Origin: Candidatus Bathyarchaeota archaeon
GTDB lineage: Archaea; Thermoproteota; Bathyarchaeia; Bathyarchaeales; DTEX01
Assembly: GCA_963714275.1 (NCBI GenBank)
Contig: CAVQNT010000002.1
Location: 576,001 to 640,000 of the forward strand
Direction: 5' to 3'
DNA length: 64,000 bases
Both the position numbers and the translations under genes were made by a program. Every line of letters starts with the position of its first letter. The stretch's first letter is position 1. Shown here piece after piece: positions 20,694 to 33,060 of the stretch. The notes under the pieces were generated by a model. That model did no database searches. It was not told where the DNA came from and worked only from the letters and a program-made list of their open reading frames with translations.

Positions 20694-22715
20694 CGCATCT
20701 CTCTGCCTCCCAGTTCCATTATTCTTGCTTCATACTCTTCTCTGAGTTTCCTGTAAATTTTATACTCAACTTGACCGTTCTTATATATCATTTCCAACTT
20801 TGACAGCATATTCTTATATCTTCTGATTTCCAGCGGTGTTCTTAACTTTCTTCTTTCTAGAATGACGGTGAACGATGCGAAGGGAAGAATGAGAAGCATA
20901 AGCGAAATCCAAATGATAGATTTGATGCTACAATTAATAGTATAATTTTGGTCGCTATTAAGGTTTACAGCTTGTGAACCTGAAAAGATTCCATGTTCTA
21001 TAGTTATTCCGTAGGAGCCCTGAGGAAGCAACAACGTGAGGTTACCTGTCTCATCTGTGTCAGTATCCGCTCTGATACGTTCGCTTGTTGCTACTAACAC
21101 GACATCAGCCTTCGATAAAGCGTTGCCAAACTGGTCTACGCAACGGAGCGTAAGACTGAAGACCCCACACATTATTATCCTGCCATAATCAGTTCGGATG
21201 TTCACTGTTTGAGACGCAACCTGTGTCCCCATCCATTCAACATTAACAGTATAGACTGCCTAAACGTAAACTCTGACGTAAGATGTGACCAAACGAGTCA
21301 GTGTGTTCCCAAAACACCAAGTTTTCTGAGTCATCGTAGACTCTGACGAGTGCTCCAGAAAGGGGCTGACCTGTCCTCGTGACGAAACTAAGTGACATAT
21401 AGGTTTTTTCACCAATAATAATAAACGATTCCATTTTTTGCAGGTTGATGATCATTTCCTTAACAATTTCGCCACTTGAAACTGTTATCCAGTAGGTTCC
21501 GTTCCAAAGATCACTGAACCTGACCACCCCGTTTTCATCAGTCTTTGTCCAGTTGATTAACTGCATAGTTTGATTCGTAACTACTGTTACATTAGTGGGA
21601 GAATAGAAGATGACTTGGTCATACAATAATATAACATATCCAACCAAAGGCTCTCCGTCTAGGTCAATGCATGTAACAGTCAGGTTGTTCATCCAACATT
21701 TTATCGTGAAAACCTTGGTTTCTGTAACTTCAATCTCCTTGTAACCTATGGTTCTGTTTCCGTACCGTGCTGTTACAGCGAACTCTCCGTTGATGATGTA
21801 GACATTTTTGTGTTCAACATAGCCTGTTTCATTCGAGTTGTCTTCAAAGAAAAGGTGGCCATTCATGTCACGGGTGAAAACTTGGGCGTTTGTTACATTA
21901 AAATCGGAAGCTGCCACCAAATGTAACTGAAAATCGACCCTGAGACATGGCAATGTGATGTTTGTTGGATTCTGGAAGACCATGATCCCTTCGCCAACAG
22001 CTGGAGGAATCTTGGTTATTACTAACTCCCCGAGAACATATTCCCTAATTTCCGTTTCGACACCAATTATTTTCATTCGGTAAGTTCCATTCCACACTGC
22101 AAGAAAACTTAAGGTTCCGTTATTATCAGTCTTTGCCTGTCTGACCAAACTTCCGAGTTCTTCAGTGACCAAAGTGACGTTCTGACGCCTTACAACTGCG
22201 CCTGATTCATAGGCAAACTTGGGCGCATCATATTCCAGCTGGTCATAAAGCATTACAGTGTGGTTCGCTAAGCGGCTCCCCTGTTTGTCAACAAGCGTCA
22301 TGTTGAAATCGTAAGACCAAGTTTTTATGAGATGAGTCGCGTTCTGGTTGATGTTGATTTCCTGGTATCCAATGGTTCGGTTTGCTTTCTGGACCGAAAT
22401 GACGTATGAACCTGCCTCGATGAACCTAAGATTGATGTATCCTGTCTGGTTGGAAAGGTAGCTTGTCGATCTTTGTCCTTGAGGATCAAGAATCGTAACA
22501 TTGACGTCACCGTAGCTGGTCTTGTTCGCCCAGTCCCTCACCCATAATGTCACGTTGTATCTAGCTGGAACATCATCACCGATTGGACTCCGTAAAGCTT
22601 GGACCCCAATAATTGTAGATCCGTTGTTAGAGTATGTTGAATCATATAATGCTTGAGACAGTAATACGATTAAGATGAAGAACGTGCTGAAGACGATTTT
22701 TCTGTGCGTTTTCAT
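20690..22715 (-). CDS. Surface protein with tandem carboxypeptidase-regulatory-like (prealbumin/Ig) repeats, C-terminal TM and SHOCT-like tail; frameshift near 21260
   Basis: Signal peptide MKTHRKIVFSTFFIL; repeated D..G..L....V...TD.NG....L..G.Y; tail YKNGQVEYKIY. Confidence 0.8.
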
Positions 22716-23723
22716 TGATTTTCCCTCGACACACTCTGAACACCTGAATATCTTCATATCCATGTCGTCCATAGATGAACGTGACTCAGTCACTTCGTAT
22801 TCAACTTTTTTCAGGTTCGTCTGCAATGAGCTTATTTTCACTTCGTACAACTGTTGAAAAATTTCACCGACTGAATATCTTACTTCAAGCTCCTTGATTT
22901 CATCCTTTACACGCGATGCTTCAAGCTCAAGATTCATGATTTTTTCAATTTTACTTCGCCTTAATGCAGCCCAACGATCCGAAATTGAACCCAGTCTTTG
23001 CCGGCAGAGCGAAAATGCTTTATCCATTTCTGCTGTTTTAGGTCCGATTGTTATTTTTTCTTTTATCATCGAAAGGTACTGTTCGATTATTCCAGTTTCG
23101 TCTTCAATCGGTAAAGTCGATAAAGTTGAATCAATCTTCGAAATTAGGTACTCCCATCTCTGAAATCCTGCGGAATACATCTTCACTCGGGAGGTTTCGT
23201 CAGCAAAAAAATCGCTTTGAAGGACGTCCGAATACGCCCGTACATATTGGAGGTTCACGTTTTTTGGTGTCCGTGTAGATTCAATGATGGGCATTGTGGG
23301 TGCAGGCGTGCTAACCTTCTCTTTTGCCCATTCCAACTTGGCTTTGGCTTTTGTAGCTCAAGAGATTCCCGCAGTCTGAAAATATCTTCAACAGACACGG
23401 ACAACTGGTTGCCCAGTTCATCCATGATGAGCCTGTATGCGTTTTCTGGAATCTCGCCTGTTTTAGACAGACTTAGCAAGCTCTTCTAAACTTAGGGATA
23501 TTTCCTTTACTCTCTTAACATATGACTGAAATTCTTTAAGGTATTCGTCAACTTCGTTATCTAGCTCTTTAATCGAAACCTCTGAAATGGGAATAAGCTT
23601 ATCCTTATCTTGAGGAATGGACTTCGCCTCATCCAAACGTCTCTGAACAGGCGTAGGAATTCTTTGTTTTTTGGCTGACCCAGCCGACGATTTCCTTCCT
23701 ACTCGTTCAAAGAAGCTTGCCAA
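22712..23723 (-). CDS. CdvA-like coiled-coil protein (three ORF pieces joined across indels)
   Basis: LAKLSKTGEIPENAY and ELEVRYSVGEIFQQLY motifs; long heptad helices; probable ATGA overlap with the next gene. Confidence 0.7.
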
Positions 23724-23860
23724 ATTTTTTGCCCTACTTGCATGCTTTATGATAGTGTACTTCCTAACGCGAAGTGTAATTTATTTCAAGTATTCTTGGA
23801 TATATATTCCTTTTTATAAAAAGGGAAACTTTCAATAGGTCGTCGGTTTTCTGTGAGGTT

Positions 23861-23906
23861 ATCTGGTCTGATTTGTGTAACAAGTGAGCTTTTGTTTTGT
23901 GCAACA
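23861..23906 (-). repeat. Dispersed element, copy D (single pair of boxes at 23906 and 23882)
   Basis: TGTTGCACAAAACAAAAGCTCACT followed by TGTTACACAAATCAGACC; 24-bp spacing. Confidence 0.85.
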
Positions 23907-24018
23907 ATACTGGAGCTTATGAAAATTGAACCATTTCAAAGAACGTTTGTTAAGTTGTTTCGGAATAATTTGACCTAATTTGTTATTGGTCTTTTGATCT
24001 CTGGATTACACAGAATCT

Positions 24019-24297
24019 TTGTTGAGTGATTTTTCAGAAGTTGACAATGGAATCTACGTTAGCAGGTTCAGCGGAAACGTAAATCCACAAAGCGGGGACT
24101 TTTCGGGACTCGTAAAGCAGGCAAGCTACGTCGAAAAAGGAGAAATCAAGTTTCCCTTAAAAGAGACCATTATTTCTGGTAACACTTTTGAGGCTTTACG
24201 GAACATTGTTCGGATTGGAAGCGAAACTAGACCAACCTTAATGGACGTCTATACTCCGCCCTTGTTTTTGAAGAATCTTAAAATTGTTTCAAAATAG
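24019..24297 (+). pseudogene. C-terminal fragment of a TldD/PmbA family protein
   Basis: GIYV..FSG.VNP.SGDFS...GEI..PLKE..ISGN.FE.L...TPP is the PmbA C-terminus; no upstream coding continuation is visible. Confidence 0.8.
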
Positions 24298-24366
24298 ATT
24301 TACCATGCTTGTTTTTATCTTTCAAGTAATAATACAATAAAGAGTGTTAAAGGTTGGTTCATCCAC

Positions 24367-25913
24367 ATGGAACTAAAAGCCAAGATACTGGGTTTAGAAG
24401 CTGGCGGAAAATTTATTGTTGTCCTTAATCGTGAAGATGCTGAGGACCTGAGCGTTTCAAGCTTAGACAGGGTTAGGATCAAAGGTCGCAGCAACGAAGT
24501 CATCGCGATTGTGAACATCACGACCAAGCTTATCGAAGAAGGAACAGTCGGAATCTACGAGGAAGTCAAAAACAGCTTAGACCTGAAAGAAGGCGCTATA
24601 GTTGATGTCGAGATTGCTCCCTTGCCTACATCGGTCTATTTCATCCGAAACAAGCTGAACAGAAGAAAACTCACATACGAAGAAATCCATGAGGTAATCC
24701 AAGATGTTGTGAAGGGCAAGCTAAGCGAAATTGAGATCGCGTCCTTTGTCACGGCCCTTCATATTTTCGGACTTGATTTGGACGAGGCAACAAGTCTTTC
24801 AACAGCAATGGTCGAGACTGGTAACGTTCTGAAAATCAACAAGCCAGTGATTGTTGATAAACATTCAATCGGCGGAGTCCCTGGAGACAAAACAACATTA
24901 CTCGTTGTGCCAATAGTCGCTGCAGCTGGCTTAACCATACCTAAGTCTTCGTCCAGAGCCATAACCTCAGCTGCAGGTTCAGCGGACAGAATCGAAGTTC
25001 TCATGCCCGTGAACCTTGGGCTGGAAGAAATGCAGAAAGTGGTCGAAAAGACCAACGGTTGCATGGTTTGGGGAGGAAACTTAAACCTTGCGCCTGCGGA
25101 TGACATTTTCATTAGGGTTGAGCATCCGCTTTCGATTGACCCGCTTCTTTTGCCTTCGATAATGAGTAAGAAGAAGGCTGTTGGAGCAAATCTCATGGTT
25201 CTAGACATCCCCACGGGCAGAGGCACAAAAGTTAAAACCATAGGCGACGCTGACCTTTTGGCGAAGGATTTCATGGAAGCTAGGCCGACCGGCTAAACAT
25301 TAAGGTTCAATGCGCAGTGACCTATGGCGAACAGCCAGTTGGACACACGATCGGACCTGCATTGGAAGCCAGAGAAGCTTTAGGCGTCTTAATGGGAGAG
25401 GTGGAAGTGCCGGACCTTGTTGACAAAGCCACGAACATAGCAGGCATATTACTGGAAATGAGCGGAAAAAGCAACGGGAAAGAAACTGCCCTAGAAATCT
25501 TAAGGTCAGGCAAGGCAGAAAAGAATCTGCGTGAAATTATCGAAGCCCAAGGCGGAAACCCAGACGTTAAAATTGAGGATATATCTGTAGGCGAAAAGAC
25601 ATGCACAATGTGTTCAAGAAAAGAGGGCTATCTGCTCTGGATCAACAATGCGCCGCTTGCTGAGGTTGCTAGGCTTGCGGGAGCACCAAAGGACAAGGGA
25701 GCAGGCGTCTACCTCTACAAAAAAATTGGGGACAGAGTGAAAACGAACGAGCCACTGTTGGCAATCCATGCCGAAAGGAACCTTAAGCTGCAGAGGGCTC
25801 TGGATGAGCTTGAAAGGTCTGATGTTCTCGGCATAGGTGAACGGATGGACATGCTTATCCACGAAGTCAGGGAACTACCTGTGGCAAAGTCAACATTCAC
25901 GATTGAACGTTAA
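24367..25913 (+). CDS. deoA: AMP phosphorylase; frameshifts near 25280
   Basis: DKHSIGGVPGDKT, SSRAITSAAGSAD, SIMSKK, GPALEA, AGAPKDKGAG. Confidence 0.93.
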
Positions 25914-25923
25914 TTTTAGCTGC

Positions 25924-26646
25924 GTGTATTCTTTGATCCGAGCAGTTACGTTCGACCTTTGGAACACGTTGATCGAGAACCGTGACTACACTGATCAAAG
26001 GATCAATTACTTAATCTCTGCGTTGGGGAAAATGGGGCACCAATTTACGAGAGGTGAGGTTTCGGAAGCCGTTGCCTCGTCATTAACGTATGTGTACAAG
26101 GTTTGGGAAACCGAGAACTACCGTTTTGTTCCAACCAAAGAAAGACTGGACTATATTCTCGAAAAACTTTCTGTGCAGTTGCCTGAGGAATTACAACAGA
26201 ACGTCATCACATACTTCGAAGAAATTGCTCTGCCAGATCATCCCCGATTAATTAAGGATGTAAAAGATACCCTTGAGCACCTAAGCCCGAAATATAAAAT
26301 GGGAATTATCAGCGATAGCGGCTTCACGCCAGCAAGGATTCTTAGAAAAATCATAATCAAAAACGGGATTCTCGACCTTTTCGACACAACTTTATTTTCT
26401 GACGAGACTGGATACAACAAACCTCACAGAATTATGTTTGAAAAGGTTCTTTCAGCCCTATCAGTGAAGCCTTTTGAAGCCATACACGTTGGCGACTTAC
26501 TGCATACCGACATTAAAGGAGCAAAGGCATTCGGGATGAAAGCTGCATGGTTAGATTATGAAGGAAAAAAATCAGATGAAGCCTACAAGCCTGATTTCAT
26601 TGTTCATAGTATATGTGAGATTATTGATGTTTTGGACAAACTTTGA
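25924..26646 (+). CDS. HAD superfamily hydrolase
   Basis: FDLWNTL, KP, HVGDLLHTDIKGA. Confidence 0.9.
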   Translation: MYSLIRAVTFDLWNTLIENRDYTDQRINYLISALGKMGHQFTRGEVSEAVASSLTYVYKVWETENYRFVPTKERLDYILEKLSVQLPEELQQNVITYFEEIALPDHPRLIKDVKDTLEHLSPKYKMGIISDSGFTPARILRKIIIKNGILDLFDTTLFSDETGYNKPHRIMFEKVLSALSVKPFEAIHVGDLLHTDIKGAKAFGMKAAWLDYEGKKSDEAYKPDFIVHSICEIIDVLDKL

Positions 26647-26663
26647 TAAGAGTGTAATTTTTT

Positions 26664-27222
26664 TTAAAGTATATGTTCTAACAATGTTTTTACGCCTGTG
26701 CCGATGAGGATAAAGCCTCCGACAATTTCGATTTTACTGCCAAAGTATTGTCCGAACCTGTCACCTAGGTAGACGCTAAAAAATGACATTACAAAAGGCA
26801 CTATCCCAATTACGACTGCTGGAAACAGAATGACAACTCGAAGAAAGGAGAACCCAACGCCTACAGCGAGGGCGTCGATGCTTGTGGCAACAGAAAGCGT
26901 TAATAAAACATATCCACTTGAAGGATCAGCTTTCTCTTCTCCGCTCTTTCTCTTAATTACTTCGAAAAGCATTTTCCCTCCGATCAGGCTTAGAAGGGCG
27001 AAGGCTATCCAATGATCGACGTCTGAAATAAAGTCAAGTAAGCTGGTTCCTCCCAGCCACCCAATGATTGGCATGGTGGACTGGAAAAATCCGAATGACG
27101 TTCCTACCTTTAGGGCGAAACTGGGTTTTTATCTCCTTCATTGTTAGACCGCTTGTGATTGCTACTGAGAAGCAGTCCATTGCCAGTCCGACTGCGATGA
27201 GCAGTATTTCTGTAATGTCCAA
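26664..27222 (-). CDS. mntP: Manganese efflux pump MntP; frameshift near 27110
   Basis: AVGLAMDCFSVA, DHWIAF.LL, ATSIDALAVG. Confidence 0.9.
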
Positions 27223-27334
27223 CGAACACCACTGGTTTACAGCAACTTTATTTCGCCTTACAACCTATAAGACGCATATAAGGATGCCCTGAAAAAGAAG
27301 CCCCATAAAAAATATAGGAGTATATTTAACAGCA

Positions 27335-28601
27335 ATGCCACTTCAGGAAAGACTCTTCAAGGTTACGAAGGCAGAAAGAAACCGCAACTTATGCACGTCT
27401 TGCTATGGACATCGAAAACTTTGTGGAAAGCCAGTTTGTCCCATTCTTGTTAAGGCTGAGACCTTGATGAAGCTCGAGAAGGGGCTTAACAAGGAAAACA
27501 TTTTTGGCTCTTCGCCTCCCGCGGTTTTCGTGGGTTCATGGAACTACCCCAAGGTTTTGAGCTGGACCTCTTGTTCCTCCGTTGCCTTCTGTTGACTCCT
27601 CGATTATGGACACGCCTGAAATGTGGCTCGACAAATCAATGGACGAGATTCTCAGGTACAGGTTTTCGTTAGTCAGGGGAAAACGGTTCGTGGACATAAA
27701 ATCCGCGAGGGCTCCAAGCGGTCTTCTCTCGACTTTTCAGGAAGTAGTCATGGCTTCTAAGCCCGTCGACACTGAATTGTGGTTCAACAAGCGACCTAGG
27801 CTGGAGGTGACTTTCACTTCGCGGGAGCCGCCTTCTGGACCGTCCGCATCCATCACGCGTGCAGTTTTGGCTGAGAACCCGAATGTTCCAAGACCCGTTG
27901 AAAAGGTGGTTTCTGACACGGACTTGAAGGCTGTTGAAGGAATAATGACGCTTTACAAATCGGAAATCAGTCAACGCCAGATCACCCGCATGCTATCTAT
28001 TGGTTTGCTGGGAACAAAAAGGCTCAAACGCCTCGTGCCTACGGAGTGGAGCATAACAGCCGTCGATGACATTTTGGGCAAAAAAATCCACAAGGAAATC
28101 CTCGGGTATCCGTGGATAAACGAGTTCATGGTCTTAGGTCACAAGGCACTTGGTAACAACGTGCAGATCCTGTTTTTTCCTTCTTCATGGATGTTCGAAG
28201 CTCAGGAAGCTTGGCTTTTCTCGGCTGATACGGTGCCCGGTGTAGACTACGAGCTTGTTTGGGGACGCAAAAACTACGCTACAGACCTTGCTGGAGCTTA
28301 CTACGCAGCTAGGCTACCGGTCTTAGAGTATCTTAAACGTATAAGGAGACAAGCTGGCGCTTTAGTCTTCATGGAGGTCTATCCTGATTGGATTCCCATG
28401 GGCGTTTGGAGGTTCAGAGAAATATGCCGAGAAGCCCTGAGGAAAGAGTCACTTAAATTTAATACGCTCGAAGAAAGCCTTGCTGAGCTTGGGAAAAGGC
28501 TTACGCTTCCTTTGGACAGGTGGTTGAAAAAGAGCCAAATACTAACATGGCATAAAATGCAGAAAAAACTAACCAACTTTTTAGATCAGAAAGCTTCATG
28601 A
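27335..28601 (+). CDS. nreA: Nre family DNA repair protein; frameshift near 27560
   Basis: N-terminal C-x2-C..LCG..CP, SPP.VFVG..YPKV, LVPTEWSITAVDD, C-terminal PIP box QKKLTNFL. Confidence 0.9.
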
Positions 28602-28664
28602 GATACAAATCGTTAAATCTAATCCCTACTTACATGGAGATAAACCAAAAATCCAGACAAAAAC

Positions 28665-28982
28665 GTGGAGTCTAGAAAATTGAAGCCAAACAGAAAAAAA
28701 CAAATTTCCCGTGAAGAAGTGGAGCATGTCGCCTGGTTGGCGCATGTAGAACTCACCGAAGAAGAGAAGGAGGTCTTCACGGAACAGTTTAACAAGATTT
28801 TAGGTTTTTTCAAAAAAATCGATGAGGCAGACACTGAACATGTGCCTCCAACTTACCATGTCTTAGATCTTGTCAACGTCCAACGGGCAGACGAGGTGGG
28901 AGAATCCTTACCGAAGGACGAACCGCTCAAGAACGCTCCGAAGAAGGAGGAAAGGTTCTTTAAATCACCGAGAATAGTCTAA
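28665..28982 (+). CDS. gatC: Asp/Glu-tRNA amidotransferase subunit C
   Basis: ISREEVEHVAWLA...NAP....FFKSPRIV. Confidence 0.93.
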   Translation: MESRKLKPNRKKQISREEVEHVAWLAHVELTEEEKEVFTEQFNKILGFFKKIDEADTEHVPPTYHVLDLVNVQRADEVGESLPKDEPLKNAPKKEERFFKSPRIV

Positions 28983-28992
28983 AAAGTCAACA

Positions 28993-30472
28993 TTGAGGAG
29001 AAATTTTGTGCCTAAACCTTACGAACTGACCGCAACAGAAGCTGCGAGAAAAATTAAAAGTCAAGAATTAACGTCTGAGGAGTACCTGCTTTCAATATTT
29101 GACAGAATAAAAGAAACCGAAGGTAAGGTTCACGCCTTCATCACCATCACTAAAGATAAGGCGATAGAAAAAGCCAAGGAAACTGACAGACATATTCGTA
29201 AGCGAGGAAAGATCGGTGTTCTCGCAGGTGTTCCAATAGTCGTTAAAGACAACATCTGCACGCGCGGAGTGCGGACAACGTGTTCATCTCGCATGCTTAA
29301 GGATTATGTGCCCCCTTACGATGCGACGGTCATAGAAAAACTCAACAACGAAGGCGCAATCGTCTTTGGCAAAACGAACATGGATGAGTACGCAATGGGA
29401 ACAACCACTGAAACAAGCTTCTATGGCACAACGCTAAACCCATGGAACCCCAAAAAAGTGCCAGGCGGATCTTCAGGCGGAAGCGCAGCTGCAGTAACAG
29501 CGGAAGAAGCACCCTTAGCCTTGGGTTCAGACACTGGAGGCTCGATAAGGTGCCCCGCCAGCTACTGTTCAGTTGCGGGGCTGAAGCCTACTTATGGTCT
29601 TGTCAGTCGCTATGGGCTCATTTCGTATGCTAATAGCCTTGAACAGATCGGTCCTTTAGCTAGAAACGTTCGAGATTGCGCCCTTTTTCTTTCTATTATC
29701 AGTGGACATGACAGTAAGGATAGCACCTCCGTTGATTTACCTTCCAAAGACTATACAACTTTTCTTAAAGAAGATGTTAAAGGTCTAAGAATTGGCGTGC
29801 CACAGGAATTTTTTAGCGAAGGAGTCGAAGATGGCGTCAAAGAATCCGTCTGGGAAGCCATTGGCAAGCTTGAGAACCTCGACTGCACGTATGATGAAAT
29901 CTCTCTTCCAAGCATGAGTTATGCGTTGGCTGCATACTATATTGTGGCAATGTCAGAAGCCAGTTCAAACCTTGCACGTTACGATGGGTTACGTTACGGT
30001 TTCCGCGAGGAACGGGATGAAGGAGATTGGGCAACTGTCTACGCGATGGACCGGAAGGAAGGATTCGGGACCGAGGTGAGAAGGCGAATAATCCTCGGCA
30101 CCTACGCCTTGTCAGACTGGTTACTATGATCAATATTACCTCAAAGCATTGAGGGTTCGAACAATTTTACGCAGAGACTTCGAAAAAGCCTTCAGAAGTT
30201 TCGACGTTCTCGTTGGTCCAACGATGCCACTTTTGCCTTTCAACATCGGCGAGAAGATAGATGATCCATTAACTCTTTACATGTGCGACATTTTGACTGT
30301 GCCAGCAAATCTAACAGGCTACCCAGCTATTTCTGTTCCTTGCGGTTTCCAAAATGGTCTGCCGATTGGGCTGCAGATAATAGGGAAACCTTTTGATGAA
30401 GAAACCGTCCTTCGAGTAGCACATGCATATGAACAGAACACTGAACACCACCTTCACAAACCGAACCTTTAA
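28993..30472 (+). CDS. gatA: Asp/Glu-tRNA amidotransferase subunit A; frameshift near 30115
   Basis: [31 protein letters not shown]. Confidence 0.95.
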
Positions 30473-30652
30473 TTTGCTAATGGGTCTGTGATGCGTTTCT
30501 CTAGTGGATTGCTGAACTATGGGACAGTAAATAAGGAATAATGATAGATTCCCGTTCCTACAGAAGACATGAAAAACGAAAAAAAAATTACTTAAGAGCG
30601 ACCATTTAAAAAGAAAGAGTATTTTGGGGATTGTTTTATTGCGATTGATGGG

Positions 30653-31438
30653 CTACTTTGCCCCAAGCTTCTTCAGGTTTTGGATGCTGACTTTGATGCT
30701 TTCCATGGGAGGCAGGTCACGTAGTTGGTCCTGCTCAACGCTTCCCCATTCCACCCCTGCCTTCTGGGCAGCTGAACAGGACGGATTTGAAGTCAACTAC
30801 TCCGGTTCCGACTTCGGTCCATATGCCTTTTAATCTCGGATCGTTGAGGACATTGGTCACGATGTCTTTACTGAAATCCTTCAGGTGGATGAGTGGGCAT
30901 CTGCCTTTGTATTTCTGTATGAATTTGGCTGGGTCCTCACCTCCGATCGTTACCCAAGCGACGTCAATTTGTGCCGCTAGATACCGTGGGTCAGTGTTTT
31001 CAAATAGAATGTCCAAGCCGTATTCTCGTCGAACTTTGCAAACTCTTGGCAGTGGTTGTGATAACATAACTGTATTCCTTCCGCATGAAGCTTCTTCCCG
31101 ATTTCGTTGTAAGTCTTGGCGTCCTGTAGAACCTGCTCCTTCGACTGGCATGGACTATAATAAATGACGACGTACTTGCAGTCCAATGCTTTTACTGTGT
31201 TAACAATTTCGTTGAACTTACTATTCAAAAGGTCCACGTTAGACCCATACGCCACAGTCTTCAGTCCTAACGAACCAAGTTTTTGCCTGTAATCCATGAC
31301 TGAACCTGCGGCTCCGGGCGGAAGACCGCTTTCGATTCCTTTGAAACCAAGCTCGGCTACCTTTTTTAGGGTGCCCCAATAATCTTTTTCGAGCTCGCTT
31401 CTGATTATGCCAATAAGACCAATTTGCAAGTTTTGCAC
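30653..31438 (-). CDS. Sugar phosphate isomerase/epimerase (xylose-isomerase-like TIM barrel); two frameshifts
   Basis: YHNH..EF, IDVAW, IHLKD, VGTG.VD, VEQD. Confidence 0.85.
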
Positions 31439-31641
31439 CCATCCGTCTTGTCAGTATATCTTTAATCGCATGTGCCCTAACCTATAAACGTTCGCAAAAA
31501 CGGTATCTTGTGCGTTCTGTTACATCAAAAAATCATAAATTAAAAGAAACCCAGAAAATATACAAATTTCTATTTAATTTCCTTAGTTGCAATGATATAT
31601 TAGTCAATATTTGACTTCTGAAAAAAGAATAAAATTCTTAA

Positions 31642-32121
31642 ATGCATAAAGCAGTGAAATATTCAATTGGGGTTCGAACTGCGTTGAGCGTTGATGGTCA
31701 CAATTCTCCCAACAACTTCATCTTGAGAATAACGAGAGAAGAATGGTTCAAGCAGGTTTTCTCGATAAAAAAATATTTTCCAGGCATGAGTAGACGTTGG
31801 GAACCAAAAGGCACAATCCTTTTGGTACGAAAAACCGAGAACGGAGACTCCTTCGTTGGCTACGGCGTCCTCGACGAATTCGTGAAGAGGGAGATGCTGC
31901 CAGACGAAAAAAGAAAAGAGTGCGAGGCAATGGGCTGGAAAGGTGTCCTAATTTTCAAGGAATTGTATAGGTTTGAGCCTCCCCTAAAAATTAAGGACAC
32001 GGTTATAGGAACCTCTAAAGCTAAAGGAAAATGTTTTCACGGTTTTCCCTTAACGCAGGAACAGGTTGATTCTGTCCACCAAACAGTGAAAGAAAAAGTT
32101 GCGATCAACAAAATCAATTAG
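31642..32121 (+). CDS. EVE/PUA-like domain protein
   Basis: ILL......FVGYG...LIF..L.RFEPPL.IKD pattern. Confidence 0.55.
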   Translation: MHKAVKYSIGVRTALSVDGHNSPNNFILRITREEWFKQVFSIKKYFPGMSRRWEPKGTILLVRKTENGDSFVGYGVLDEFVKREMLPDEKRKECEAMGWKGVLIFKELYRFEPPLKIKDTVIGTSKAKGKCFHGFPLTQEQVDSVHQTVKEKVAINKIN

Positions 32122-32125
32122 GGCT

Positions 32126-32696
32126 TCAAATTTTTTTCTCTTTAATCAATGACGGAATTCTGAGTTTTATTGCTTCGTAAATGAGGTATCCTCCAGACAT
32201 GCTTAGTAAGCCATGGATTAGGTTGAACACGGCTGTTAGAGGAGTTGTTAAAAGAACCAACTCAAACGTCATTGGGTAATACAACGGGAGAACTATGAGA
32301 TTCGCCAAAGCCATGACCACCACTCTTACTATGCATCCAGTAAAGAACGAAGCAGGTTTTGCAAGTCTCAGGCAGTTTTTGAACATCGTTAAGCCGATGA
32401 GCATGCCGAGGACTGTAGAGAACTCGAGCTAACGCTTTCATGAATGCGCTGATAACATCTCCGCTGCGGGCAAGGATTGCTAGCATCGCCACAATGGAGG
32501 TTGTGGCTCCTGACGTTAAACCCGAGAGAAAAAAGGACAGCACAATCGGGATTCCTGTGAAATCGAATTTTAGGTACGGAAGCCACGGGAAGACGACTTT
32601 GAAGCCCGAAAATTTCATGGCGTAGTCAAAAACGACGACGAGGGCTCCTAAAATCGCTGTTTGGGCAATGAAGGTTGTGCTCATTTTGGCGTTCAA
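32126..32696 (-). CDS. ECF transporter S component; frameshift near 32425
   Basis: FPWLPYLKFDFTGIP and FNLIHG; about 6 TM helices. Confidence 0.82.
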
Positions 32697-33060
32697 TTCA
32701 GTTTCAGTTCTTGATTGAATCTTGCCTTCTCTTTTTTAAGTTATCTACTCATAAATTAGTAACAGGCAATACAGGTCGACTAGTAAATGGCATCTTACTA
32801 TTCTGTAGATACAGCACAATAAATGTATCCAGAAACTGTGCCTTTATGGTTACACTGAATTTATATCAATATACTCCCATTATTCTTTACAGAGGGAATG
32901 AGGCGAAATGTTTTTCTTTCAAAAAGCCCCAAACTGGAATGCTAAGGCAGAATGTAAATCGGCTTTCTGATAGGACTTTTTTAAGTATACGCTTCGTTCC
33001 CTTTCTTGCTTGTAACGGAAATGTTTCTCGTCGTTAGTTCGTTGTGTTATGCATTTTTGT

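Noticed and set aside
21243-23336. 697-aa ORF fusing the coiled-coil protein to the surface protein
   Set aside because: A signal peptide starts internally at 22715 and an alternative frame ends RENQ-TGA overlapping that ATG; most likely an indel artefact.
32700-33060. Long AT-rich intergenic region as a replication origin
   Set aside because: No convincing ORB repeats and no adjacent cdc6/orc1.
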